From the NCBI GenBank assembly GCA_951406725.2, contig OX597828.1:35526001-35590000 (forward strand): DNA of 64,000 bases, written 5' to 3'. The stretch's first letter is position 1; the number at the start of each line of letters is the position of its first letter. This DNA comes from Octopus vulgaris (Eukaryota). The notes beneath the pieces are model-generated. The model had not been told where the DNA came from and did no database searches. It worked only from the letters and a program-made list of their open reading frames with translations. This document shows, in pieces, positions 1 to 14,527 of the stretch. The position numbers were made by a program, and so were the translations under genes.

Positions 1-1
1 A

Positions 2-1949
2 TGTGGGGCAGGTTATGCAGTATATGACGTTCTGCGTCTTGCAGTTCATATCTGCATTTACTTTGAATATGACACCATTTTTAAATCTTATCTCTCTGTT
101 GCTCTCTATGTATTTGTAGGTGGGGTTGCTGCAGGTCCCACATCTACCATCTCCGCACTCTTTTGCAAAGAATTCCGTTTTAGTTTCTGAAGAGAATTTC
201 GCTCTTGTTAGGTGTTTTTTTAGGTTTTTGTCCTGTCGTCTACTGTTTTTTATGCTATATTTGTTTAATATGTTTTTCATTTTGGGGCTCTGTAAGGCTA
301 TTGGTAGGTTTGAATGTATGGTTTGGAAGATGTTGGTAACTCCAGGGTTGTGTGTGTTTATAAAAGGGATAGTGTTTTCTTTGTTTTTTGTTTTGGGTGT
401 CCTGAGTTGTGTGATGTCTAGTTTTAATGCTCTTGTGATTCCATTTTCTATTAGTTTAAGGGGGTATTTTTGCTCTAGGAGGAAGCTTTTGAGTTCATCT
501 AGTCTTATTAATCGTATTTGTGAATCAGTTACTATGCTACATATTCGTCGTGCCATACTATATGGGATGTTTCTTTTTGTGTGGGATGGGTGGCAGGAGT
601 GGAAATTTAAGTATTGATGTGTGTCAGTTTTTTTGTAGTGGATGTCTGTTGTGACGATGGAGTTGTGTATTTTGATGTTGATGTCTAGGAAGGGAAGTTC
701 GTTGTGGCTGGTATCTATTGTGAAATTGATAGATGGGTGCAGCGTATTGAGGATGTTGTGGAATGTTTGTAGGTCCTCTTCTGATCTGTTCCAAAAGATG
801 AAACAGTCATCGAGGTAGCGTTTCCACTTTTTCTTGATGTCTTCTCTGAAGTCGTGTTCGAAGACTTTCCCTATTTCGTCATATAGTTTTTTCTCCAGGA
901 AGCCCATCACTAGGTTGGCATATGAAGGTGCGAATTTTGTACCCATAGCCGTGCCTTTTATCTGTCGGTATGTCTTGTTGTTGAATGAGAATGTATTTTC
1001 TTCTAGTATTAGTTGGGTGGCTTGGGTGATAAAGTTTGTCTTGAAGCGTTCATCTATAAGTTCTCTGTATTTTTCTATTGATTGTTTTATAGCTTCTAGA
1101 CCTAGGGTGTGTGGTATGTTTGTGTATAGATTTGTGACATCAAAGCTTGCAAGTATGGTGTTTTTCGGGACTGTATTTGGAATGTGTGTGAGGAAGTCTA
1201 TGTCATCCCTTATGTAGCTTGGAATCTGTGGGCATAGAGGTTTGAGGAGTATATCTATGAAGTGGCTTAGTTGTTGTGTTGGTGCCTGGGGTCCTGCCAC
1301 TATTGGTCTCATCGTGAGGTCTGCAGGTCTTTGTACTCTTATGTAGTGGTTCCTCTGTTCCTTTATGGCTCTCTGTATTTCCGAGCTTTTATGAATTTTA
1401 GGTAATCCATAAAAGTTGCTTTCTTTGGTTTGTGAGTTGCATAGATAATCTTCCTCCTTATCTGTAAAGGAGTCCTGATATTCATTGACTAAAGTTCTAA
1501 TTTTTCTTATTGTTGTTTTCTCCGGTGGTGTTGGTTCCTCTTTGTAATATGTCTGGTTGTTCAGTAACTCTAGTATCTTTTCTTTGTAGTAATCTGTGTC
1601 CATAATTACTATTGCTCCACCTTTGTCAGCTTCTTTTATAACGATTGATTTGTCATTTTTCAGTTTTTGTAGGGCTTGCTTTTCTTCTCTGCGGAGATTC
1701 TGTTTGCATTTGTGTGTGTGAAGAGGGAATTTGGATATTGTTTCTATGTACGTGTCAAGGTGTTTGTCACTTCCCTTGTAAGGGGTGAAGTGGGATTTTT
1801 TTCTTATGATTGAGTTATCTTCTGTTTCTTTATTTTCAAAGAATTCCATAAGGCGGAGGTAGCGGCTGAAGTTATCTATGTCAGTTTTTAGTTCTATGAG
1901 GTTTGGAGTGGGTGTAGGTGTAAATTTGAGGCCTTTTAGTAGTAGGTTC

Positions 1950-1951
<2 letters not shown>
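2..1951 (-). mobile_element. Penelope-like element (PLE) ORF: reverse transcriptase plus start of GIY-YIG endonuclease; 5'-truncated at a (TA)n tract and continuing past the left edge
   Basis: Reverse-strand translation gives LLLKGLKFTPTP, IVIKEADKGGAIVIMD, GTAMGTKFAPSYANLVMG, WKRYLDDCFIFW and NCKTQNVIYCITCPT. The ATG at 1951-1949 and the last codon at 4-2 are in the same frame (650 codons). Confidence 0.93.
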
Positions 1952-2029
<78 letters not shown>

Positions 2030-2561
2030 TCAAAGAAGTTGAATGTTATTACTCTAAGTTGGGCTGTGATTAGTCGTCCAAGCATGTGTGTGTATGCAGA
2101 CATGTGCGTGCACACCCATGTACAGATGTGCACACTCGCATCAAAATTCACATGCATGCAAAACTATATGAGTGCATCTATACACCCACATATAGAACTA
2201 TATATTTGCACATGCCACCCTTTCCTACTTCCCCCATCAACAACAACCTAACTGATATCTAATCACCATGTTGACTATCTCCTGTCCTCTACGTGGTCAA
2301 TTTCCTGTTTGCCATGCAGTATTTTCTAACTGTTACCCACATATCAACATCAAACCACAATACCATGTGACCTTCCTCAACCAATTGCAGCCCACCTTAC
2401 AGTAATAACAATCAACTTCTGTCATTCAAAGTCAAAATGGCTGATGACTAGCATCATGCATGAAACTCTAGAGTACCAATGAATTTGAATCAAACTTTTG
2501 ATCCATACATGTAACTCCCAATAAATTGATTGACTGCCCTTCTTTCATTTGTCCACTCACT

Positions 2562-2601
<40 letters not shown>

Positions 2602-2689
2602 CATAAAGAATGGCACAAGCCCCAATATTCAAGGGGAAGGTTTGGGTAACTTGTGTAGTGTAGATTATGATGGTGTTTGGGAAGGGGTG

Positions 2690-2970
2690 TATTTGATACA
2701 CTGTAAACATAAGAGGAATAGAAGAGGGTACGGAATTCAAGAGGATTCACTGTTCTGGGAAGGAAAGATTGGGGGAACTGCTTTGAATTGCTTTGAGAAA
2801 GTCTGAGAGTGAGAAATGGTAAGAGTGACATGACCTAAAGACCTAAAGAGATTGCTAAATTAAGTGGTTCTGCATGGTGAGAGTATTGCTGGAGTGTACC
2901 ACATAAGGGCGGAGACCACCATCGTCATGAAAGAATAGGATGGAAAAAAGAAGCACCATGTCTCCAACTG
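2690..2970 (-). mobile_element. Degenerate 3' end of a CR1/Jockey-like LINE ORF2
   Basis: Minus translation KQFPQSFLPRTVN...NSVPSS resembles the SFFPRT..WNSLP C-terminal motif; heavily decayed. Confidence 0.35.
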
Positions 2971-4239
2971 AGCTTTGATCAAAGTGTGTGGGTTATTTAC
3001 AATAACTGTTAATCAGTTTAGTAGCTGTTTGTTTTCATTATATTCAGGATCATTATCATCATCATTGTCATCATTTTATGTCTACTTTTCCATGCCTGCA
3101 TGGGTCAGACAGGATTTCAATTTCAGCCCTGATCACCATCTCACCCACTTTTTCTTTTTACAGTCATTGTATGTAAAGGAATATGCTATCTAATGTATCA
3201 TCTTAATCTTTTAAGACAGTAGGGTATGACTTGAAGGAAATTTGGTTGTTATTTCTAGCAGGCAAAGCTATCATATAGAGGTACCGATGCTGGAAACAAT
3301 AATCAATATTTATGCGAACATCATTATCATTACTTTTCTATCTGCTCTGTCTTATCACATGTATTAGACAGGACTTTTTCAGACAGCGTCTTACAATTGG
3401 ATGCCCTACCTGACTGACACCAACGTTTTTATTTGCTTCTAATGACATGCAATAATATGATGTACCTATTCTAAAATCTGGGATGTATGTAGATATGTGT
3501 ATAAAAAATTAATGAAAAGAGATGTAGAAATAGTGAAAGTAATAATAGAGTAATAAGTGAGTAGGAGTGTTAGTACAGAAACTGTTGTCAATTTGTAATT
3601 TCAAACTCTGTTTTCCTTTCTCCTTCAAGCTTTCTTTAACACACACACATTCAACAGACTTCTTTCAGTTTCCATAAAGCAAATTCATTCAAAAGGCATT
3701 GGTCAGCATGGGGATAAAGTAGAAGACACTTGCCCAAGATGTCACACAGTGGAACTGTAGGCAGGCAGTAGGGAAGGAAATTCCTTAACACAAAGCCATG
3801 CCTGTGACTATATGTGTGTGTTTGTATGTGAGTGTACATATGTGTATGTTAAAGAAAGCCTGAAGGAGAAACGGAAACAGAGTTTGAAATCACAAACCAA
3901 CAACAGTTTTTGTACTAACACTCTTACTCACTTATCACTCCATTACTACTTTCACTCATTCTACATCTCTTTTCTTGACTCTTTACTATTTAACAACAAA
4001 AGCAACCTTAGACCTTGTATTTTTTTGTTGTTTTTTTCTCTCTATCTTTTGTGCCTTCATATCATTTTGGGCTGCATCTAAATCTCGCTACAAAATTTAG
4101 TAAATATTCCTTGAAAAATGGTGCAGTTGTTTCAAAACACAGACAAACTTTCATGCATATGGATAAATATATATATAATGCACAATCTTATTATATTGAC
4201 TTTCAAGCAAATGCCTGGAGGACAGTGTTTCAGCTCATA

Positions 4240-4672
4240 TGTGTATATATATATATATATAAATATGATTATGTAGCATTATGTGAGGATTCACATGTTT
4301 ATTTATACATGTACAAAATCTGATGTTAAAGTGCAATTAACATACAAGATATAAGGTATGGCATTACATGTACATGTTGTATATACATAGAGACACATAC
4401 ACACACAATATATATATATACATATATTGTGTAAATGTATATATATATATATGTTTATATATATATATATATATATGTATATAAATATATATGTACACAC
4501 ACACACATATATATGCATGTATCTAAATATACATGTGTATATGTATATATATATATATAACTATATATAAATATATGTGTGTGTGTGTTTATATATACAT
4601 ATATACCTTATGTATACACACACATACTTTATATATATGTGTGTGTGTCTGTATATATATATACATACACAC

Positions 4673-4722
<50 letters not shown>

Positions 4723-4761
4723 TCATATATATATTATATATATGTATATTATATATATATA

Positions 4762-4824
<63 letters not shown>

Positions 4825-4961
4825 ACGGGTATATATATATATATTATATAATATAAATAGCATGCATATATTTATACATATTCTCACCTATTCATCTATA
4901 TATATATGTATATGTGTGTGTGTGTGTGTATGTTTATGTGTATGCATGTTTGTGATCATAT

Positions 4962-5004
<43 letters not shown>

Positions 5005-5474
5005 TACATAAACCCATAGTGATACATACAAACGTCTATGAACAGGGAGATATGTACATCGATGTATAACATCTCTGACTTTTGTGTAGTGCATTGAGGC
5101 ATATGCTACTACATGTGAATACAACTTAAATTATCTCACAATTACATTTAGAAATAAACTGCAGGAAACCAGATCTAACTTACGGTTACCATGTCAACTG
5201 CAAACTCTACTGCAAGGAATTGCTCATTTAATCTACTTGCTGTCTACAGTGAACGTTGCACAATCTTTTGTCACATATACGCAAGTTGCACTCTTATACA
5301 CTCTTAAAGTAACAGCAATTATATGTGTTTCTAATAGCCTATCACATATAAATTATATACCCTGTGTGTGTGTGTGTGTGCACATGGGTGCGTATGCATC
5401 TATATATATGTCTGTGTTAATGTATATATATATATATGAGTGTGCGACATAAATTTATTCATATATTAGTCTCT

Positions 5475-5516
<42 letters not shown>

Positions 5517-5640
5517 CTTCTATGAATATATATATATATATATATCTATATATATATATTTATTTATATGCATATATGCACATAAGTGTATATATATATG
5601 CATGTATTTACACTCACACAAATATACATTCATACATACG

Positions 5641-5718
<78 letters not shown>

Positions 5719-5830
5719 CATATGTGTGTGTGTATGTGTGTGTATGTATATAATGATTACTATGTATATGTATGTTCCTAGCAGTATTTTGTATAATATA
5801 CATCTAAATTATGTATGCACATACATAACT
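4240..5830. repeat. Compound (TA)n/(TG)n/(CA)n/(CT)n microsatellite field
   Basis: Directly visible. Similar fields lie at ~14250-15660, 24540-24840, 25360-25780, 26900-27570, 46760-47280 and 60490-61480. Confidence 0.95.
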
Positions 5831-6229
5831 ATGTATACATAAATTTGTACATACGTAGAGGTGCAGCCATGACAATGTAGATAAGAAATTTGCCTAGCAC
5901 CCACATGGTTTTAGGTTGAGACCCCATTGCAAGGTCCATTGGGCGAAGGTCTTCTACTAATATATAGAGTCTGGCCAAAACCTTATGAATAGATTCGGCA
6001 GAGGGAAGCCCATCATGTATGTATGTCATTGTTCAGTTTTATTTCAAGATTTCTTGCCAATAGAGGAATATCCATTTTCTAACCTAGATCCAAGGCTCCT
6101 TCATTGGATTTTCAACATAAACAACAGGATATTTTTGTTTGTTTGTATGTATGTATGTATATGTGGAGATTTGTATTTCTTGCTTTATGTATGTATTCTC
6201 ATGCATAAATCGCTGACGTGGACAATGAT

Positions 6230-6700
6230 AGTACTGCCTGATTGGCACTTGTGCTGGTGGAACATTAAAAGCACATCCAAGCATGATTGTTGCCAGGGCC
6301 ACAGATTGGCTCCCATACCGGTGGCACATAAAAAGCACCATTCAAGCATGATTGTTGTCAGCGTCGCCTTATCGGTAACATATACCAGTGGCATGTGAAA
6401 ATCAACATTCAAGCGTAGTCATTGCCAGTGCTGCCTGACTGGCTTCTGTGCAGGTAGTACTTAAAAAAAAAATGAGCGTGGTTGTTGCCAGAACAGCCTG
6501 ACTGGCCCTCGTGCTGGTGGTGCATAAAAGCGTCCATTACATTCTCAGAGTGGTTGGCACTAGGAAGGGCATCCAACTGTAGAAACTTTGTCAGATCAGA
6601 TTTGAGCCTGGTGCACCCTTCTGGCTCACCAGTCCTCAGTCAAACCGTCCAACCCAAGCCAGTATGGAAAGCAGACGTTAAACGATGATGATGATGATAA
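6230..6700 (+). mobile_element. RTE-LINE 3' UTR/tail fragment ending in (GAT)n
   Basis: Contains GAGTGGTTGGCACTAGGAAGGGCATCCAACTGTAGAAAC...GACGTTAAACGATGATG, matching the 3' end of the RTE copy at 35042-37890. Confidence 0.8.
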
Positions 6701-6714
6701 TGATCTAGAGATGC

Positions 6715-6970
6715 TCATATGTATTGAAATGATAAACTTCTGGAAAGTTTTACAGATTTTTAGTTCCAGTGATGGACTGGATCTGTAGTCTTCGAATTAG
6801 CTTTCTCCTTTCTGGTTTTGAGAAGCCTAATTTCTCAAGATTGGTATTTAGGTAGTGTGTAACATATCTCAGAACCCCAATAATTACAGGTATAAACCTG
6901 AATTTCTAATCTGCATAGAGTAACTGCAGATTTCTTAATAGTTCTTCAGCATAGATATTCTCTTTTTCAA
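6715..6970 (-). mobile_element. Degenerate C-terminus of a restriction-like-endonuclease (RLE) non-LTR retrotransposon ORF
   Basis: Minus translation EKENIYAEELLRNLQLLYAD*KFRFIPVIIGVL...LEKLGF matches the K..Y..L...IP.IIG pattern also seen at 16246-16560. Confidence 0.6.
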
Positions 6971-7160
6971 TATATGTACGTATGTATGTATGCATGCATG
7001 TATATATATATATGCATTTTTGCATAATCAAAATTGCGATCCACCAACTGAGAGTATGCTGCCCTAACTACTGGGCCATTGTGCCTCCACTGTAATGTGT
7101 CTATAGTGAAAATATTTCATGCTTCACTTTTAGTTAATTATTAGGCAGTGGTGGTGGTGG

Positions 7161-7193
<33 letters not shown>

Positions 7194-7470
7194 CGATGAT
7201 GACGCTGATGGTGCTGGTGGTGGTAGTGGTAGTGGATGTGGTGGTGGTGGTGGTGGTGGTAATGATGTTGATGGCAATGATAATGATGATAATGATGATG
7301 AAAGGAGCTATTTGAACACAGTATTGCAGAGGACAAAATTTAACGGTGCCTTGAAATTTAATCCCAGAATTTACTCAACTTTACCATTTCTGCTATATTT
7401 CACTACTGCTTTATTGTATTAAATTTCTTCTTTAATTCCATTACTTTTTTTTTCTTTCTTTCCTCTCTAG

Positions 7471-7752
7471 ACCCACCTGGCCAGCCAATGATAAGCAGCA
7501 GTCATGATTTCCCCTGGCTTGAAGGCAGTGACCAATCACTGTACTGTGAAGCGAAACCTGGTAACCCTCCCTATGTGTTCTACAAGTGGTTTTCAGCCAA
7601 CAGAGGACTGATCCATACAGGATCCGTGCTGAGGTTCCACCCTGTCAGTCGCTCCAACCATTCCGATCGGCTGGCATGCAGGGCAGAGAACACATTCACA
7701 GTTATGCAACATGGCAAGCACATAACACAAAGTGTTATAGTGTTAGTTGAAT
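7471..7752 (+). CDS. Ig-domain exon (first of three visible) of a multi-immunoglobulin cell-surface/adhesion protein (nephrin/sidestep/hemicentin-like IgSF)
   Basis: Polypyrimidine tract plus TAG acceptor (7441-7470); GTAAGT donor at 7753; 282 bp, phase 1-1. Encodes PPGQPMI...LYCEAKPGNPP...YKW...LACRAEN...VLVE with the Ig C-W-C triad. Confidence 0.92.
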
Positions 7753-8262
7753 GTAAGTGAATTTATTTCGTTACTTTCACCATATTTTTGTCATTAAACA
7801 TAAGAAATACAATTGATATTAAGCATTTTCGGTATCGAATTACGACATAAAAAAACCAAATACACCCATTTAAGGAATTTTTTCATGTTATGTTCAAAAT
7901 TTTAGCAGATAATTCATGCAAAACAAATTATCCTCATATGGATAGAAACCCTACTTCATGCTTCAATGAAAATGTTTTGCACTGAAGTAAAAAGAGTTTA
8001 GTATATTCATGTATTCGTATTGTAACTGGCCATTTAAGGCTATTTATTTAATTTGTTAACGGTTAATATAATTTATGGTTTCTATCTATCTATGTATGTG
8101 TGTGTTTGTGTGCTTAAGGATTTAAGGATATGTATGTATACATGTATATATATATATGTATATATGTATATTTATATGAGTAGATAGAAAGATAAATAAA
8201 TGTGTGAAGATGTGTAAAATGCATGATGTATATAGAGGTGAAAATGTATATGTATTAATATG

Positions 8263-8296
<34 letters not shown>

Positions 8297-8435
8297 TGTG
8301 TGTGTGTGTGTGTAAGTATGTATGTACATGTATGATTGCACATACATTTATGTATGTATGCATTTATGCAAATATATATGCATATATATCATATATATAG
8401 ATGAATGTTTGTGTGTATGAGTATGTGTGTGTATG

Positions 8436-8466
<31 letters not shown>

Positions 8467-8472
8467 AGAGAC

Positions 8473-8505
<33 letters not shown>

Positions 8506-8525
8506 TAGATATAGATATGTACATG

Positions 8526-8559
<34 letters not shown>

Positions 8560-8806
8560 TATCATAAATACACCAGGAGTGTACAGTGTACAATTTCATA
8601 GACTTAGATATATATCCTATGTTAATGTAATGAAATACAATGTAAATTTGAATGACAATTGTCTACTGGAAACTTAATCATGTCCAAGAAATAAATACAT
8701 ATATTTATTTTAATGCGAAAAACTGGAGGACACAATTGAAAATTATTTAAGTAATGCATAAGTGTTTGTGTGTGCATGTATGCATGTGTGTGTGTGTTTA
8801 TATACA

Positions 8807-9196
8807 CTTTTGCTCTTTTACTTGTTTCAGTCATTTGACTGTGGCCATGCTGGAGCACCGCCTTTAATTGAGCAACTCGACCACGGGACTTATTCTTTTT
8901 GTAAGCCCAGTACTTATTCTACCGGTCCCTTTTGCTGAACCGCTAAGTAACGGTGACATAAACACACCAGCATCGGTTGTCAAGCAATGCTAGGGGGACA
9001 AACACACACGCGCATATATATATACATATATACAACGGGCTTCTTTTCAGTTTCCGTCTACCAAATCCACTCACAAGGCTTTGGTCGGCCCGGGGCTATA
9101 GTAGAAGACACTTGCCCAAGGTGCCACGCAGTGGGACTGAACCCGGAACCATGCGGTTGGTAAACAAGCTACTTACCACACAGCCAATCCTGCGCC
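8807..9196 (-). mobile_element. tRNA-derived CORE-like SINE, near full length
   Basis: A/B-box head (GGCTGTGTGGTAAG...GGTTCAGTCCC), CORE-like GGCACCTTGGGCAAGTGTCTTCT, internal microsatellite and tail ...GACTGAAACAAGTAAAAGAG; many copies in the window. Confidence 0.85.
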
Positions 9197-9444
9197 TTTA
9201 CTTATGTTTTATAATGTATTACTCTGCTGGCTCCCTGTCTTTATCTTATCCTTATTGTGTGTGTGTATTTTTATGTATGTATGAATATGTTCTATGTTGT
9301 AATGTTTAGTAAAGTTTGTTTATTACGAATTAATGTTTATAAGGCTGAGTTGGTAAATGGATGTCCAAGATGAGATGTGGGTGTATTTACATACATCCAT
9401 GTACATACATTTACACATACATTCCCTGTATGTGTTAGTGTGCA

Positions 9445-9502
<58 letters not shown>

Positions 9503-9719
9503 CAGGGGTTCGTACCCCCTGCTAACAATATATTGTGTATAAAGAGTGCAGAGTCACACTGATAACCAGCTGGAGGAGAATCTGCCTGGGGTTAAACTAG
9601 TAGTAACATGGAACAGCCACTCTTTTTAGTATAGTTACTACTCTGATCTTTTCTTGAGATTTTACAACTATATATATATATATATATATATATAAATGAA
9701 GTGAGTTTATGGCTCACAG

Positions 9720-10160
9720 GATGGCCTGCTGTGCTAACCTTGGATCGTAGAGTGACCCACTGTTCTTGAGGAGACTTATTGAGTCAAGAACGTCAACACC
9801 AACATCAAAATAAAAATCAAATGGAAATTGTAGTTAAGATACCCATGCCGGTGGCACGTAAAAAGCACCATCTGAACGTAGCTGATGCCAGCGCCACTTC
9901 ACTGGCACCCATGTCAGTGACACATAAAAAGCACCAACTGATCGTGGCCATTTGCCAGACTCTTCTGGCCCCTGTGCCGGTGGCATATAAAAAGCACCCA
10001 CTACACTCACAGAGTGGTTGGCGTTAGGAAGGGCATCCAGCTGTAGAAACACTGCCAGATCAGACTGGAGCCTGGCACAGCCTTCTGGCTTCCCAGACCC
10101 GGGTCGAACTGTCAAACCCATGCCAGCATGGAATGCGGATGCTAAACGATGATGATGATG
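9720..10160 (+). mobile_element. RTE-LINE 3' tail fragment
   Basis: Repeated GCCGGTGGCAC/AAAAAGCACC modules, GGAAGGGCATCCAGCTGTAGAAAC and a (GAT)n end. Confidence 0.8.
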
Positions 10161-10358
10161 ATATATCTTTTTGACTTCTATTTCTAGCATGTTGGTACCT
10201 TTTGCAAGTACTCTTCATTATGATTACATATTTTTATAAATAATTATAAATCTATAGGTAGATAGATACATAGATACATACATACATATATACATACATA
10301 CATACATACATACATACATACATACATACATACATACATACATACATACATACATACA

Positions 10359-10392
<34 letters not shown>

Positions 10393-11236
10393 CATATATA
10401 CATATATGTGTATATGCATGTAGGTATGTATGTACCTATATCTGTGCATTTATCCCCTTTCCTTCAGTTGAATGTTACACAATGTTTGTGTAATTAATCT
10501 GGTGGAAAGCTGACTTCATGATTATAAAGTTCAGACCATGCTAAATCCTTTGGGTATCTGCCATCACAACAGACTACATTGCTTTAGTCCATTCTAGCTG
10601 AACATTGTTGGTCAATAACTTTATGGTCAAGTTATTACCAGTGCAAAGTTATAAACATCGGTCTGTTATAGACTGTGTCTTCTCTAGCAGTGTGGAACTG
10701 TCCAAATATGTAATATGTGCTAATAATTTGCTTTGCCAATGGTTTTGTATGGAGATATTGAAATATATAAATGTATAACTGTCCATGAAAGAAAAAGAAA
10801 ATGATCAGGGTGCATAGAAGACATGAGTGTGTGTGTGTGTGAATGTGTGTGAGTGTGTGCATGTATATATGTGTGTGTGTGTGAATGTGTGTGAGTGTGT
10901 GCATGTATGTGTTTGCATGTGTTAAGTGGGTGGGGTGAGTGTGTGTGTGTGTGTTTGCTCATGTGTGTGTGTTTGCGTATATGTGTGCTTGCATGTGTGT
11001 GAGTGTGTGTGTTTGTGTGTGTGTGTGTTTGTATGTGTGTGTGTGCATATGTGTGTTTGTGTGTATGTACGTTTGCGTGTGTGTGTTTGTGCGTGCATGT
11101 GTGTGTGTGCGCATGTGTGAGTGTGCATGCGTGTGTGTGTGTGTGTGTACATGAACTTAGATTCTATTGCCTGGATTCTTGAGTAGCTATACACACAGGC
11201 ATATACCCAGACACCCACTCCCATGCATATATACAA

Positions 11237-11268
<32 letters not shown>

Positions 11269-12629
11269 TCATATATATATCTTAGGCAGTGGCTTTGTAG
11301 AGTCGTTGGCATGTCAGAGAAGAAAAAAAACGTTTTGCTGGCTTTCATTCTGTATATCTCTGTGCTGTGAGTTCAAATCCCAATCCTGCACCCTCCAACT
11401 TTAACAGGCATAGCTGCGTAGCAAGATGTTTGCTTCTCAATCACATGCTCTGATGTTCAGTTACACTGCCTGACACCTTGGGCAAGTATCTTCTACTATA
11501 GCCTAGAGCTGACCAATGCCTTGCGACTGGATTTGGCTGATAGAAACTATATGGTAGTCAATCATATGTGAGTGGTGTGTGGTGTGTGTGTATGTACATG
11601 TGTCTGTGTGTGCATGTCTTTGTGTTTGTTCCCCACCATTTGACAACTGGTGTTGGTTTGTTTATGTCTCTATTGCAGAGACTCATATATCCGTTATTGC
11701 TCATGTTGGGAACACCATTATGCTCCAATTTATTGAGCATGTAATTGTGAGAACCCAATCCAACGGTTTTTCCTTTCAATGATTCATTCCAGGCCTTCAA
11801 AAGATAGGCCGGATTCATTCAATCATTTCAAATTCTTATTTTAAGGTTTAGTCAGGTAGACTATCTTTTCCCCATCATTTTTGCATACTTCTCCAGACTA
11901 TGAGACTGATATAATTCACCTCCAAATAATCCAATCAAACAGCCTCATCCTGCTAGAAACAGTAACCAAATCCTACATAAATCACATCCTACTGCATTTT
12001 TTAAATATCAACCAATTGAACAATGCAGTCTGACATTTAAAAAAGGATAAGGAGTTGATAATGGTTGTATTTTCTTTAGTCATAGGTTGACTTAATATAA
12101 AGCTGAAAAAGTGCTAAATAGGGTTTTTTAGGAGTCAGTGAGGGAGCACTCTGAATATTCTCTTGATAAACTAGAAATGGAAATGACAGCTGAATTTCTC
12201 TCGTATTACATACACCTTTGTCTTAAGCATGACATGAAACTACATTGTGTAGTGGGGCTCCTATTCAGAAGTTCCATGGTTTCAAGTAGTGTGGAATCAT
12301 CTCTTAGCCACTGTTGTTCCCAGGTTCTGCCCAGACCTGAAGTGGCAGCACTTGTCAGGGTCACAACTATGGATTAATTAGCATGTAAAGACAGGTTAGC
12401 TGTGAATATGGGAGTAAATGGCCTTGGACTAAATCATCAGTGGCATCTTTGCCAGGCCTAGCAGCAGGTAACCACCACAGCTAGGATTACTTTGGAATCA
12501 TGGGACACAGCATGGTGGACATGAGCTTATTGAGTCAAGGGTTAATATCACAAGAAGCTGAGTGAATGAACAGACAACAAACTGTCATTGGCCAGAATCA
12601 ACCATTTAGTTTGCAAACTACCAAAGGAC

Positions 12630-13140
12630 CAGTTCTATATTTAAGAGATGAGGAATTATGTAAATTATTTACATTACTTACATTCAACGAATATTTGTCC
12701 TCATCTTGTTTGTTATTAACACAATGTTTTGGCTGAAATACCCTCCAGGCTACATCAGGTGTCTTGGGGAAATTTCAAACCTGGTTTCTCATTCCTAAGG
12801 TATTTTTCTATGTTATTATTATTATGTTCCTTATTATTGTTATTGCTCAAGTCACTGCTTGGAATCTTGACACTCTTAACCACTACACCATATGCCCGTG
12901 AATTTTATGGAGTGAATTCTAGGGCTTATAAATCTAATATTTTTCTATCCTTCCTTAATACTGGTTCCCATATGCTGCTCATATCTACACTCAATCTGCT
13001 TAGGAGGTTGTTGTGTCCTAGCATATGTGCCACTTCTTTTAGTTTCTGTATTTTCTAGTGGTATTCTCTGTCTATTATTTTAACTTCATCCTACAGGGGG
13101 AGGTGGTCTCCATTTTTCCATACATGATCAGCTATACCCG
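12630..13140 (-). mobile_element. 3' end of a Penelope-like element: GIY-YIG C-terminus plus terminal repeat with tRNA-like head and hammerhead motif
   Basis: Minus translation RGDIDKSGIADHVWKNGDHLPL*DEVKIIDREYH*KIQKLKE...SIWEPVL (PLE endonuclease C-terminus), followed by GGGCATATGGTGTAGTGGTTAAG, (AAT)n and a decayed hammerhead at ~12718-12765. Confidence 0.8.
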
Positions 13141-13201
13141 ATTTATCAATATCTCCTCGTGTGTGTGTATATATATATTTATATATATATAAATATTTTA
13201 G

Positions 13202-13401
13202 TCTTTTACTTGTTTCAGTCATTTGACTGCAGCCATACTGGAGCACCACCTTTAGTCAAGCAAATCGATCCCAGAACTTATTCTTTGTAAGCCTAATACT
13301 TATTCTATCTGCCTCTTTTGCCGAACTGCTAAGTTACTGGGACATAAACACACCACCATCGGTTGTCAAGTGATGTTGGGGTGACAAACACACAAACATA
13401 T

Positions 13402-13451
<50 letters not shown>

Positions 13452-13684
13452 TCGGGGTGAGTACTTGATAATTATAAGCACCTGTGTATACCGTTTGGTG
13501 GTGTACACACACACATATATATGACAGGCTTCTTACAGTTTCCGTCTACCAAATCCACTCACAAGGCTCTGGTCGGCCTGAGGCTATAGTAGAAAACACT
13601 TGCCCAAGGTGCCACGTAGTGGGAATGAACTCAGAACCATGTGGTTGGTAAACAAGCTACTAACCACACAGCCACTCCTGCACC
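13202..13684 (-). mobile_element. CORE-like tRNA SINE with a short internal insertion
   Basis: Same head, core and tail as 8807-9196. Confidence 0.85.
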
Positions 13685-14336
13685 TATATATATGATATAT
13701 ATATTCTTTTAATCTCTCTGTATCTCTTATTTTCTTTGAACATGCATTTTTATCTACTCTTTTCTCAGTAAATTTCATTTAGATATCAAGTCATCCTGCT
13801 ATCTCTATCTCTCTCTCCCTCCCCCCCTCTCTCTCTCTCTCTCACCTTCTCCCTCTATTTATCTCGCTAACCATCCTCATGTAAACCAGAAAAATCAACC
13901 AATTTCTTTCCATCTTGGCTTAGTCTTCTTCCACTCGTGTGTGTATATATACATGTGTGTGTGTGTGTTTGTACTTTCTCTGTATATTGATGAATGCAAG
14001 AGAGAGATAGAGGGAAGGAGAGAGAGAGAGAAGGAAGGAGAGAGAGGGGGAAGAAGAAGAGAGAGCAATGATTGAAACAGCAATGAATAAATGGATGTGA
14101 GTAATGGTAAAATTATGGTTAGATAAAAGTCGCCAATTACCAGACTAAAAGATATATTTCTAAATACTGCAATCTTCCAGAACAAACATGTACTGCAAAA
14201 TTATGTTTTTATATTTATTAATAAACAGAGACTGTATACACACACTCACACACATACACACCTGTATATGTATTCATGTGTGTATATGCATGTATGCATA
14301 GAAAAATATTTGGGTCCATCTATGTGTGTTTATATA

Positions 14337-14443
<107 letters not shown>

Positions 14444-14492
14444 GTGTATATTTATTTACACATATATGCATATATATATACATATATATATA

Positions 14493-14527
<35 letters not shown>

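Noticed and set aside
120-1217. Plus-strand ORFs of 165 and 127 aa
   Set aside because: Antisense shadows of the minus-strand Penelope ORF.
4303-5842. Many [12 protein letters not shown] ORFs here and throughout the window
   Set aside because: Translations of dinucleotide microsatellites.
8807-9196. tRNA genes suggested by A/B boxes
   Set aside because: The boxes are SINE heads that continue into core and tail sequence; no complete cloverleaf was seen.
11690-11960. Possible viral or transposase-like coding remnant on the minus strand
   Set aside because: Short, interrupted by stops, with no motif I could recognise.
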